Positions 1 through 8,980 of a stretch of 64,000 bases of DNA are shown in pieces. Source of the DNA: an uncultured Leptospiraceae bacterium (GTDB taxonomy: Bacteria; Spirochaetota; UBA4802; JAGODF01); assembly GCA_964627815.1 (NCBI GenBank), contig CAZVKE010000009.1, positions 128,503 to 192,502 of the forward strand, written 5' to 3'. Both the position numbers and the translations under genes were made by a program. Every line of letters starts with the position of its first letter. The stretch's first letter is position 1. The notes below the pieces were generated by a model. That model was not told the origin of the DNA. It saw nothing but the letters and a program-made list of their open reading frames with translations, and made no database searches.

Positions 1-61
1 GGAGCGAGGAATAGCATGACCTCAGGGCGTTTCCCCGCGCCTCCCGCGGCGGAGGACCGGC

Positions 62-1696
62 GTGTTTGAGAATATCGCCGCCATCGACATCGGCACCTCA
101 TCAGTGAAGCTTGTCACCGTCAGGACCGGAATGCGGGATTTCCAGGTGACCGATTTCGCCTACGAGGACATCGACTTCAGGATCGAAAACCCTGAAGAGG
201 CCGTGCGCGACGCGCTGAGCCGCGTATTCAAAGACAAGAACCTGAAAGGGTACACGATCTACACCAACCTGCCGATGGAAAAGGCAATCATCCGCAATAT
301 ATCGTTTCCTTTCAGCGATGTTGAGAAGATCGCGGGCGCCATTCCCTACGAGGCCGAGGCGAACATCCCCTTCAAGCTCGAAGACCTGGCCATGGATTTT
401 CAGTCACTGAAAAGCCCCAAGCCCGACGAGGGCAGGATTCTGCTCACCGCGACACACCGCGAGACGATCGCCGGGTTTCTTGACGTACTCGACGATTTCG
501 AGATCATCCCCTCCAGGCTTGGCCTCGAGTCGAACGCGCTCTTCGAATGCTACCGATACTTCAACAAGATTGAAAAAGAATCGGTCATGCAGATCGATAT
601 CGGCCACAACAAGACCATCATCAACTTCATTTCAGACTCGAACCTTCTCTTTACCAGAAGCATCCCCATCGGCGCGGGGCTGATATACCAGTCGGTGGCA
701 ACGACGACGAAACTTCCGTATCACGAGGCGATGCACCTGTTCCAGCGGCTGCACCTTGACCTTTCATCGCTCGACAACAATCTCCAGCGCGATTTTCACC
801 GTACGCTGGACCTCAACCGCGCCAAGCTCAAAAAGATATTTGACGATACGCACGAGATACTGCGCGAGCTCGTCGAACAGATCTATCTCACCATCAAGTC
901 GTTCAACCTGAGCTACACCCAGATGGAGTTCAGCAGGGTGCTTCTTTCGGGAGGGGGATCGAACATTATCGGCATCGGCCAGATCATCGGCAGCGCCCTC
1001 GAGCTTCCGATCGTCTCGCTCCCGTTCCTCGAAGGCTACGATGAGATCAGGATCCACACGCAGTTCCCGATAGCCTTCGGCACGGTCCTGTCCGCCCTGA
1101 ACCGCCGGCATTCCGCGATCAATCTCCTTAAGGGAGAGTTCCTCCCGGACATGGTGAGCAAATCAAAAAAGATCTACTACCTCGCGGCCGGATTTCTGAT
1201 ACTGGCCGCTCTCGTGCTCGGCATCAATCTCCTCCTCTCGGCAATCATGGAGTCGAGGACAAACAGCAGGTACGAAGACCTCCTTCAGGAGCGCTTCAGA
1301 AGATACTTCCACGTGCGGCCGACCGGGGACGATCCGATACGGCAGGCCACGAAAATCATCGGCGATGAGCGAAAAGAGCTGACGGCCATCAAGGCGGTCC
1401 TCCAGTCCGACGTCAGGATCCTTGAGATCCTCAAGGACATGCTCGCCGGTTTCCCGAGAGACCCGAGTTTCGAGCTCAAAAACATGGTGATTAATGAAAA
1501 GATCATCCGCATCGACGGCGAGACCGGCAACAGCGCGGTACTCGACGAATTCAAGAACCGGCTGCAGCAGTCGAAGCAGTACGAATCGGTGGTCCTCAAC
1601 ACCAACATGAGGAGCCGCAACCAGGTCGGATTCACCATGACGGTCAAGCTCAGCATATCCGACAACAAGACCGCCGGCGAGGCCGCTTCGAGGTGA
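62..1696 (+). CDS. PilM/GspL-like actin-fold assembly protein fused to a TM segment and a PilN-like periplasmic domain (type II secretion / type IV pilus platform); GTG start
   Basis: The N-terminus IAAIDIGTSSVKLV matches PilM. A single hydrophobic helix sits near residue 370 (YYLAAGFLILAALVLGINLLL) and is followed by a soluble C-terminal domain. GspM-like and GspN-like genes follow directly. Confidence 0.6.
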   Translation: MFENIAAIDIGTSSVKLVTVRTGMRDFQVTDFAYEDIDFRIENPEEAVRDALSRVFKDKNLKGYTIYTNLPMEKAIIRNISFPFSDVEKIAGAIPYEAEANIPFKLEDLAMDFQSLKSPKPDEGRILLTATHRETIAGFLDVLDDFEIIPSRLGLESNALFECYRYFNKIEKESVMQIDIGHNKTIINFISDSNLLFTRSIPIGAGLIYQSVATTTKLPYHEAMHLFQRLHLDLSSLDNNLQRDFHRTLDLNRAKLKKIFDDTHEILRELVEQIYLTIKSFNLSYTQMEFSRVLLSGGGSNIIGIGQIIGSALELPIVSLPFLEGYDEIRIHTQFPIAFGTVLSALNRRHSAINLLKGEFLPDMVSKSKKIYYLAAGFLILAALVLGINLLLSAIMESRTNSRYEDLLQERFRRYFHVRPTGDDPIRQATKIIGDERKELTAIKAVLQSDVRILEILKDMLAGFPRDPSFELKNMVINEKIIRIDGETGNSAVLDEFKNRLQQSKQYESVVLNTNMRSRNQVGFTMTVKLSISDNKTAGEAASR

Positions 1697-1697
1697 T

Positions 1698-2216
1698 ATG
1701 AGAAACTTATCGACCAGAGAAAAACGCCTGATGCAGGCCCTTGCCGTTGTCGCCGCGGCCGCCGCGGTATATTTCCTTATAATATCCCCCATTATGAAAC
1801 TCGCGTCCCGCGGCAACACCAGGATGGAACGCAACCTCTCAAACCTGGAGAGGATCGACAAAATGTATCAGGAATACATGGCCCTCAAGGAGGAGAAGAA
1901 CAAATATCAGGCGGTGCTCAACAGAAAGGACGAAAACATAACCGCGCTCATCGAGCAGTGGGCCGCGGCATCCAGTGTAACGCGCAACATCGCCTACACG
2001 CGGCGCAACCAGACCAATATACAGAACAAATACATCAGGATAACGACCGACATCAAGCTCGACAGCGTCGCCATCGAGCCGCTCATGAAATTTATCTACC
2101 AGATCGAAAACTCAAATCTTCTCCTCAAGATCAACTACCTCCGCATTCAGCAGGCCATCAAGGGAAGGGACACCTACGACGTGAACATCAAGATAGACAA
2201 TTTTACTTCACAGTGA
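1698..2216 (+). CDS. GspM/PilO-like bitopic inner-membrane assembly protein
   Basis: Size is 172 aa with a single N-terminal TM helix (LMQALAVVAAAAAVYFLII). It starts 2 nt after the upstream gene and has an AGGTGA RBS. Confidence 0.45.
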   Translation: MRNLSTREKRLMQALAVVAAAAAVYFLIISPIMKLASRGNTRMERNLSNLERIDKMYQEYMALKEEKNKYQAVLNRKDENITALIEQWAAASSVTRNIAYTRRNQTNIQNKYIRITTDIKLDSVAIEPLMKFIYQIENSNLLLKINYLRIQQAIKGRDTYDVNIKIDNFTSQ

Positions 2217-2238
2217 CCGGAAGCGAAAAGGAAGTCCA

Positions 2239-3108
2239 ATGGATATTCGGGAAATAATCGTAAGGATCCAGGCGGTTCTCAAGATCATCAGGCAGAAGAT
2301 CGCTGAAACGCTTGCCCTGCCCTACGCAAAACTGTATATCGCGCTCGCGGTGTTTATGACGATCGTCTTCATCATTTTCACCTTCCCGTACGATCTCGTG
2401 ATACGCAAACAGATCCGCCTCATGGAAAGGTCTATCGGGCGGTCAGTACAGATAGGCAACATCGATTTCAGCCTTATAGGAGACACTTTCATCGACAACA
2501 TCGAAATTGTCTTCAACGACGGCGGCGAGCTCTCGCTCAAGGACATTTCGCTGAACGTCGCGATAAATCCGGTGACGCTTCTGCTCAACAGGACTCTCCG
2601 CGGAAAAGTCGCGGTTCAGAACATGAAATACATCAAAGGAGGCCTTTCGATCCAAAACCTTATTGATACCGGCTTCGATCTATCGTTCGACAAGGACGGC
2701 GTTCCCAGGGAAGGGTTCCTGAACCTCGACCTTGAAAATGTATCCGTCAACGGCGCGAACATCAAAGGCTTCAATCTTCCCACGATCAGGTTCACGTCGA
2801 TCAAAGGTGGAGGAACCGTCGAAGGCGGAAACCTTACCGTCAAGTCGATCAGGTTCCTCGGCAACGACCTTCACGGAGGCATAGCCGGATTCATCGAGCT
2901 CAAGAAATTCATGAACACTTCCCGCGTCAAGCTCGATATCAATATAGATCAGGACTCACGCGCGCTTGACGACTACAAGGCGCTCCTTTCCAGCCTTACC
3001 GGCAACGGCAAGGACGCGATTAAAATATCGATAACCGGCACCGTAGGCAATCCGAGGGTAAACTTCCCCATGGGCGAGCGCGGGATTCCCGATTCAGCGG
3101 ACGAATAG
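2239..3108 (+). CDS. GspN-like secretion-system protein (single N-terminal TM, periplasmic domain)
   Basis: Size is 289 aa with one TM helix (LYIALAVFMTIVFIIFTF). It is the third gene in the same operon, with an AAGGAAG RBS. Confidence 0.4.
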   Translation: MDIREIIVRIQAVLKIIRQKIAETLALPYAKLYIALAVFMTIVFIIFTFPYDLVIRKQIRLMERSIGRSVQIGNIDFSLIGDTFIDNIEIVFNDGGELSLKDISLNVAINPVTLLLNRTLRGKVAVQNMKYIKGGLSIQNLIDTGFDLSFDKDGVPREGFLNLDLENVSVNGANIKGFNLPTIRFTSIKGGGTVEGGNLTVKSIRFLGNDLHGGIAGFIELKKFMNTSRVKLDINIDQDSRALDDYKALLSSLTGNGKDAIKISITGTVGNPRVNFPMGERGIPDSADE

Positions 3109-3146
3109 CATCCCGGCCCTGCGCGGCAAAGGACCGCAACCGCATT

Positions 3147-4877
3147 ATGAAAATTGAGCTTTCAAAATATTCCGGTTTCTGCATGGGCGTGCGCGACGCC
3201 GTAATCAGGATCGTAGGCGAGATCAACTCCTCGACCGAGGACATATTCGTGCACGGGCCTCTTATTCACAATCCCCAGACAATCTCCATCCTTGACAAGC
3301 GCGGCCTCAAGACGGTCGAAGAGAACCGCGATATCGATGGCCAGATCGTTGCGATCCGAACCCACGGGATTCCATATCAGCGGCTCAAGGAGATAAAAAA
3401 GCGCGCAAGGCGTCTCATCAACCTGACCTGCCCCAGGGTGGCGCGCGTGCAGGGCATCATCAAAAAGTATTCGCGCGACGGCTACTTCACGCTGATTACC
3501 GGCGATGACGACCACGCGGAGGTGATAAGCCTGAAGAGCTACGCGACTTCGGGAGTGAAGGTGATATCCGATATCTGCGACATCGACGCGATCCCCGGGC
3601 GCGACCGCTACCTGGTGGTATCACAGACAACTTTCGACCGTGAGCTTTTCGAAAAGATCATTTCCCTCCTCAACGCGCGCTTCCCGGACAAGGTGACGAT
3701 ATTCAACACCATCTGCGATTCGACCTACAACCGCCAGGAGGACGTGGTGGAAGCGGTAGAGCGCGGCATCGACGTGCTCGTGGTGGTGGGAGGCAAAAAC
3801 TCAGCGAACACCCGCAGGCTCGCCGATATCGGCCGTGACCGTGGAGTGCGCACATTCCATATCGAAACCGAATCGGAGCTCGACGACGCGGAATTCTTCA
3901 GGGACGACAGGGTATTCGTCACCGCCGGCGCCTCGACGCCGGGGTGGATAATCAACAACATCCTCGAGAAACTCTATTCAATAAAATACAAGAAGAGCAA
4001 TGTCCTTATCAACCTCATAAAAAAGTTTCTCGAATTCATCGTCCGCACCAACATCCTTTCATCTGCGGCGACTTTTTTTATCACGCTCTTCGTGCTTGCC
4101 TACTCGGGCGGGCGGCCCGATCCGCTTTTCGCGCTCACGGCAGCCTTTTACATCTTTTCCATGTACACGATCAATAACTACCTGATGACCGATTACCTCA
4201 AGGAGAGCAATCCCTACAAGCGCGCGCTCTACCGACAGTACCGGCTTTTCCTGCTCCCGCTCGCCGCGCTTCTCATGATCGCCTCGTTCGTTCTCATATC
4301 CCGCTACGAGCTCATCGTGATACTTCTCTTTGTCGCCTCATCGCTGCTCGGCATGGTATATTCGACTCGCTGTTTCAAACGGATGATCGAACGTATCGAC
4401 ATCAGGCCGCTCACCATGATCTACAACTCCAGAAATATCGCGGCGACGGCCGGATGGATCATCATAAGCACGCTCTTGCCGATACTGCACACAAAGCCCC
4501 CCGCGGGCACGGCACTGGCGATCCTCGCTTTGATCTTCTGTGTGATTTTTTTCAGGAATATGCTGCTCGACCTGATCGCGTTTCAGGGCGACCTCATTTT
4601 AGGCAGAGAAACGCTTCCGATTCAGGTGGGGATCGAAAAGACGAAGACGATATTTGCGCTGCTGGCCGCCTTCACGCTGGGAGCGTTCGGAGCAGTCACG
4701 ATAGTCAGCCACCAGTGGCCTCAAATCATCTTCGCCGGCACGATACTTTACTATCTTGCGCTTCTTTTCGCGATCCTGCGGCTCAACTACCTGGTGGCGC
4801 TGAAATACGAGCTTCTGGTGGATACGAACCTCGTACTGTTCATTCTCTTCTACTGCGTGTCCTCTTCGCTGTCGTAG
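3147..4877 (+). CDS. ispH: 4-hydroxy-3-methylbut-2-enyl diphosphate reductase (IspH/LytB) fused to a C-terminal ~290-aa polytopic UbiA-like membrane domain
   Basis: The N-terminal ~280 aa are IspH-like and carry the three Fe-S cysteines (GFCMGV, LTCPRV, NTICDST). The C-terminal half has 7-8 TM helices and a UbiA-type second Asp motif (DLIAFQGDLILGRETLPIQVG, compare MenA DIDTDRRAGKYTLAVRLG). The first Asp motif is degenerate. Confidence 0.8.
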   Translation: MKIELSKYSGFCMGVRDAVIRIVGEINSSTEDIFVHGPLIHNPQTISILDKRGLKTVEENRDIDGQIVAIRTHGIPYQRLKEIKKRARRLINLTCPRVARVQGIIKKYSRDGYFTLITGDDDHAEVISLKSYATSGVKVISDICDIDAIPGRDRYLVVSQTTFDRELFEKIISLLNARFPDKVTIFNTICDSTYNRQEDVVEAVERGIDVLVVVGGKNSANTRRLADIGRDRGVRTFHIETESELDDAEFFRDDRVFVTAGASTPGWIINNILEKLYSIKYKKSNVLINLIKKFLEFIVRTNILSSAATFFITLFVLAYSGGRPDPLFALTAAFYIFSMYTINNYLMTDYLKESNPYKRALYRQYRLFLLPLAALLMIASFVLISRYELIVILLFVASSLLGMVYSTRCFKRMIERIDIRPLTMIYNSRNIAATAGWIIISTLLPILHTKPPAGTALAILALIFCVIFFRNMLLDLIAFQGDLILGRETLPIQVGIEKTKTIFALLAAFTLGAFGAVTIVSHQWPQIIFAGTILYYLALLFAILRLNYLVALKYELLVDTNLVLFILFYCVSSSLS

Positions 4878-5245
4878 ACAATGAATTCCTTTTCGTCGAT
4901 CTGAGAGTTGTTCTCGGTGAGTAGGATCTTGTATCTCCCCTCGTCGTAATTTTCGATGGTCCCGTACAGGATGTTGTTTCCCGGCCTGATCTGCCGCGTG
5001 TCCTTGATCATTTCAACCCAGACCAGTTCTTTCTTCATGACAAAGACGCCGATCGTACGCGGCCCCTTGACGGCATTGAATACATATACCCAGTCGACAC
5101 GGTCTGACTTCTTGAATTCGGGGACGCCCGTGACTTTCTGATACCGGTCGTCTATCATCGTCCTGAATCCGAACTGGCCCTTCAGCTTTCCGCATCCCGG
5201 AAGAATCAGCGCGGACACGACGACCGCGGCCATTGCGGCCGACAT
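4850..5245 (-). CDS. hypothetical lipoprotein
   Basis: It has a lipoprotein signal peptide (MSAAMAAVVVSALILPGCG). The start was chosen at the internal Met; the six-frame ORF extends to 5341. Confidence 0.5.
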   Translation of the reverse strand: MSAAMAAVVVSALILPGCGKLKGQFGFRTMIDDRYQKVTGVPEFKKSDRVDWVYVFNAVKGPRTIGVFVMKKELVWVEMIKDTRQIRPGNNILYGTIENYDEGRYKILLTENNSQIDEKEFIVYDSEEDTQ

Positions 5246-5255
5246 GACGTGTCTC

Positions 5256-5453
5256 TTATTCAACCTTGTACTGGTCTTTGTCGAGTTCGATGGTTTTGCT
5301 GTTGCGTTCATTTCGCCTCTGATTTCTGTCTCCGCCCGCATTGCGTGCCGCTCCGTGAGAGATCGCCCTGAAGAAGCCCGCGATCATCTGATAAATGATA
5401 TACCCTATCAGAAAAATAAGGATAAGCCTGAATAAATTTCCTATGAGTCCCAT
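5256..5453 (-). CDS. small single-TM membrane protein (hypothetical)
   Basis: A 65-aa protein with one TM helix (LFRLILIFLIGYIIYQMIAGFF) and a charged tail. It sits exactly between pdxJ and the lipoprotein gene on the same strand. Confidence 0.35.
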   Translation of the reverse strand: MGLIGNLFRLILIFLIGYIIYQMIAGFFRAISHGAARNAGGDRNQRRNERNSKTIELDKDQYKVE

Positions 5454-5462
5454 TGCAGTGCC

Positions 5463-6212
5463 TTACCGTTTTAAGTTCGCTTTTTCGTCGGATATGATCC
5501 TTTTCATGTCCGAAACCGCCTTCGGAAGACCGGTGAAGACGGCCCGCGACACTATCGAATGCCCGATGTTGAGCTCCTCGAGCCCCTCCGCGCGCAGCAC
5601 CGGAACGATGTTGTCGTATTTGAGCCCGTGTCCCGCGTTGACCCGTATCCCGATTGAAACGGCATGCGAGGCGGCGTCGTGGATACGCTTCAGTTCCCGC
5701 TCTGCCGCGGCCTGCTCACGGGCGGAGCAGTAGGTCCCGGTGTGGATCTCGATAAAATCCGCGCCGGTATCCTTCGATCGCGAGACGATATCCATATCCG
5801 GCTCGATAAAAAGCGACACGACCACGCCCAGATCGTGGAAGACGCGGACAATTTCCGAGATCCTTTCGAACTGCGACCTCACGTCGAGCCCGCCCTCGGT
5901 CGTAAGCTCCTGGCGCTTTTCGGGGACAAGGGTGATCTGGTCGGGCACGACCCTCTTCGCGACATCGATGATGTCGTCCGAAAGGGCCATTTCGAGATTG
6001 AACTTGCCCCGCACCACGTCGCGCAGCGCGAACACGTCGCTGTCCTGGATGTGCCTTCGGTCCTCTCTGAGATGCACGGTAATCCCGTCGGCGCCGCTGT
6101 TCTCACAGATCACCGCGCCCTCGATCGGATCGGGCTCATGCTCGCCGCGCGCCTGGCGCAGGGTCGCGATATGATCGATATTGACACAGAGCAGAATTTC
6201 AGACATGTTCAC
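5463..6212 (-). CDS. pdxJ: pyridoxine 5'-phosphate synthase
   Basis: The motif LLCVNIDHIATLRQARG and the overall PdxJ TIM-barrel pattern are present. Confidence 0.9.
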   Translation of the reverse strand: MNMSEILLCVNIDHIATLRQARGEHEPDPIEGAVICENSGADGITVHLREDRRHIQDSDVFALRDVVRGKFNLEMALSDDIIDVAKRVVPDQITLVPEKRQELTTEGGLDVRSQFERISEIVRVFHDLGVVVSLFIEPDMDIVSRSKDTGADFIEIHTGTYCSAREQAAAERELKRIHDAASHAVSIGIRVNAGHGLKYDNIVPVLRAEGLEELNIGHSIVSRAVFTGLPKAVSDMKRIISDEKANLKR

Positions 6213-6333
6213 ATCCTCTCGTCTCTTTCGGATATGGATACAGTATACACGGTTCCCCGGGTTCCTTCAAATTAATGGGATACACTCTATCCGGCAATCA
6301 GAGGCTGCGGGCTCGCGGGGCGTACAGGCGGTA

Positions 6334-7308
6334 TCATTTTTTCGTAATCCTTACCGAGACCGAACCGGGCGTCACCTTGAGAATAGTCAGGCCGCTCGCG
6401 CTTCCCCGGAGCGAAACCCGCACGGGCACATCATAATGCGCTGAGGTCCTGGACGGATCGGGGAAAAGCCTCTCCACGTTGACAAGGGACATATCCACCG
6501 ACGCTTCGACTTCATCATCCGCCGGCGTGATCTTTTTCGCCCCCTTCAGATAGATCCTGACGTCCTTCTGCTGGAGGGAATACCTGTAGTTCTCGTTGCT
6601 CTTCCTGATGACGATGTCCCTGTGCGCGACGACAAGATTTGCCACCGGCACGATCTGTACGGTCACGCTGACGGCCTCCGGAGTGACCCACAGGCCGTTT
6701 CCGGAATTGATGTCGAGCGGGACCTCCCTGCTGATCCGCTTTGTCTCCCCGGCAACTGAAATGGCTTCCGTCTTGATCGAATCAACGCTTCGCAGATTTT
6801 CGTCTGTTCCATAGACAGACACGTATTCCGGGCTGGTGGCGATATCACCCACCATATATCCCTCGGGGACATCCCCTGTAACGACCGGGATGATCTTCGC
6901 CGCCCTGCTCTGCCGTTTTTCGATCGAGAGGATGATCGACTTGCGAACCATGTCGAGGTGGAGCCCTTCCGGAAGCTCTTCACGGGTGATATTGATCGGA
7001 TAGCGCTGGTCGGGGCCGATCACGGCTTTTCTCAGGTTAACAAACGCTTTGATGCTCTTCACATTGAAATTCTTGAGCGATTCCTTCCGGCCGGATACAT
7101 TTATGGTCAGGTCGCGAACGTTCGCCCGCGTCACCATGAGGTCCGAAGGGAGACTTTTGAACTCGATCGGGATCCTGAAGGCAAGCTCGCCCATCTTGGT
7201 GCTCCCGATATAGGCCCAGAGTATGACGGCGAGAATGATGGCGATCAGCTTGGGAATGAGCGCGCGCTTGACGATCATCTCCCTTACCGTAAGAAAGATC
7301 CTTTTCAT
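6334..7308 (-). CDS. cdaR: YbbR-domain protein, CdaA regulator CdaR
   Basis: It has an N-terminal TM helix and repeated YbbR-like domains. It overlaps cdaA by 4 nt. Confidence 0.8.
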   Translation of the reverse strand: MKRIFLTVREMIVKRALIPKLIAIILAVILWAYIGSTKMGELAFRIPIEFKSLPSDLMVTRANVRDLTINVSGRKESLKNFNVKSIKAFVNLRKAVIGPDQRYPINITREELPEGLHLDMVRKSIILSIEKRQSRAAKIIPVVTGDVPEGYMVGDIATSPEYVSVYGTDENLRSVDSIKTEAISVAGETKRISREVPLDINSGNGLWVTPEAVSVTVQIVPVANLVVAHRDIVIRKSNENYRYSLQQKDVRIYLKGAKKITPADDEVEASVDMSLVNVERLFPDPSRTSAHYDVPVRVSLRGSASGLTILKVTPGSVSVRITKK

Positions 7309-8117
7309 TTAATCGAGTATTTCTCCTCGTACGCGGTTTTCGGGTTCATGAAATAGAGAATCATGTTTTTCAGGTCCGTCAGTTTTATCTTCGAATACAG
7401 CTTGCCGTTTACCATGACCGAGATGCCGCCGGTCTCTTCGGAGGTGACAAGCACCAGCGCGTCAGTCTCCTCCGCGATGCCGAGCCCAGCCCGGTGGCGC
7501 GCTCCGTGCTGCTTCTTCAGCTGTTTGGAATCGCTGAGCGGAAGATAGCAGGCCGCCGCGGCGATCTTGCCCTCCTGGATGATGATCGCACCGTCATGGA
7601 GCGGCGTGTTCGGGAAGAAGGTGGTCCTGATGAGTTCCTCTGAAATCAGCGAATTAATGACCACCCCTGATTCGACATAGCTGCGAAGCCCGGTATTGCG
7701 CTCGATGACGATGAGCGATCCCACCTTCTCTTCCGACATGTTGGCGATCGCGTTGACCAGCTCATCGAGAGGGAACGCCTCGTTGGAAAGGATCGCGTTG
7801 GAAAGCCAGTTGCGCTGGCCGAACTGCGTGATCAGCCTGCGGAGCTCCGGCTGGAAGAGAATTATTACCGCGAGCACCGCCGAGGGCGCGAGGTTGGTGA
7901 TAAGCCAGTTGACGGTATCAAGCGCGATGACGCGCGAAAGGATGGCCACGATGATGATGACAATGAAACCCTTGACGAGCTGAACGGCGCGCGTGTTGGC
8001 GATAAAGGTATAAAGCCAGTAAAGGAAAAAAGCGACTATGAGAATATCGATAATATTCTTGAAGTAGCTCCAGAAGCTGTAAGAAAAATATATCAGTTTG
8101 TCGATTAATGCTTCCAT
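7305..8117 (-). CDS. cdaA: diadenylate cyclase CdaA (c-di-AMP synthase)
   Basis: It has three N-terminal TM helices and a DAC domain with the HDGAIII and RHRAGLGIAEETDA motifs. Confidence 0.9.
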   Translation of the reverse strand: MEALIDKLIYFSYSFWSYFKNIIDILIVAFFLYWLYTFIANTRAVQLVKGFIVIIIVAILSRVIALDTVNWLITNLAPSAVLAVIILFQPELRRLITQFGQRNWLSNAILSNEAFPLDELVNAIANMSEEKVGSLIVIERNTGLRSYVESGVVINSLISEELIRTTFFPNTPLHDGAIIIQEGKIAAAACYLPLSDSKQLKKQHGARHRAGLGIAEETDALVLVTSEETGGISVMVNGKLYSKIKLTDLKNMILYFMNPKTAYEEKYSIK

Positions 8118-8135
8118 TCAGACCGTCGGTCCCTG

Positions 8136-8978
8136 TTATGGCTGATTGCTTATTTCCAATTTCTTTACTTTTCTCAGTCTTTCCACTGCCTTCAGCGCCT
8201 CGCGGTGCTGCTTTACGTCATGGACCCTGATAATATCGGCCCCGTAGAGCGCCGCGATCGAATTGAGGGCGATAGTACCGGGAAGCGTATCCGCGCCGGG
8301 TTCGCCCTCGAACAGTGTTCTTATCAGAGATTTTCGGGAAAGCCCCACAAGCAGCGGAAATCCCATGCGCTTGAAATATGCGAGATTTGACAGTATCTCG
8401 TAATTATTATCAACCGTTTTTCCGAAGCCGATCCCCGGATCGATGATAATTTTTTCCTTTTTCACCCCGTGCGCGAGCGCCGCGCCGGCAAGCTCATCCA
8501 GCCGGCCATACACCTCGCGCACCGTGTCGTCATAATGCGGCGCGGCCTGCATCGTTTCAGGCGTTCCCCGCATGTGCATGATCACCACATGGCAATCTCT
8601 TTCGGCCACAAGCCCTGGCATGAGCGGATCGAATGTCATCCCGCTGATATCGTTGACAATCGCAGCGCCGCAGCGAAGCGCTTCCGCCGCGACAGCGGCC
8701 TTGCAGGTATCCACGGAGATCGGAAGATCAATTTCCCCGGCGATCGCCTCGATCACCGGACAGACCCGGTCGATCTCCTCCTGCGCGGAAACCGGCTTAG
8801 CGCCGGGACGGGACGATTCTCCGCCGACATCGATAATGTCGGCGCCTTCCTCAACTATTGTGCGGGCCCGGGCAAGTGCCTCATTCTTCGTCGCGTACCG
8901 TCCCCCGTCGTAAAATGAATCCGGGGTGACGTTGAGGATTCCCATGATACAGGTCTTATGTCCCAGAACTATTTGCAT
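8136..8978 (-). CDS. folP: dihydropteroate synthase
   Basis: The motif GILNVTPDSFYDGGRY is present in a pterin-binding domain. Confidence 0.9.
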   Translation of the reverse strand: MQIVLGHKTCIMGILNVTPDSFYDGGRYATKNEALARARTIVEEGADIIDVGGESSRPGAKPVSAQEEIDRVCPVIEAIAGEIDLPISVDTCKAAVAAEALRCGAAIVNDISGMTFDPLMPGLVAERDCHVVIMHMRGTPETMQAAPHYDDTVREVYGRLDELAGAALAHGVKKEKIIIDPGIGFGKTVDNNYEILSNLAYFKRMGFPLLVGLSRKSLIRTLFEGEPGADTLPGTIALNSIAALYGADIIRVHDVKQHREALKAVERLRKVKKLEISNQP

Positions 8979-8980
8979 GG

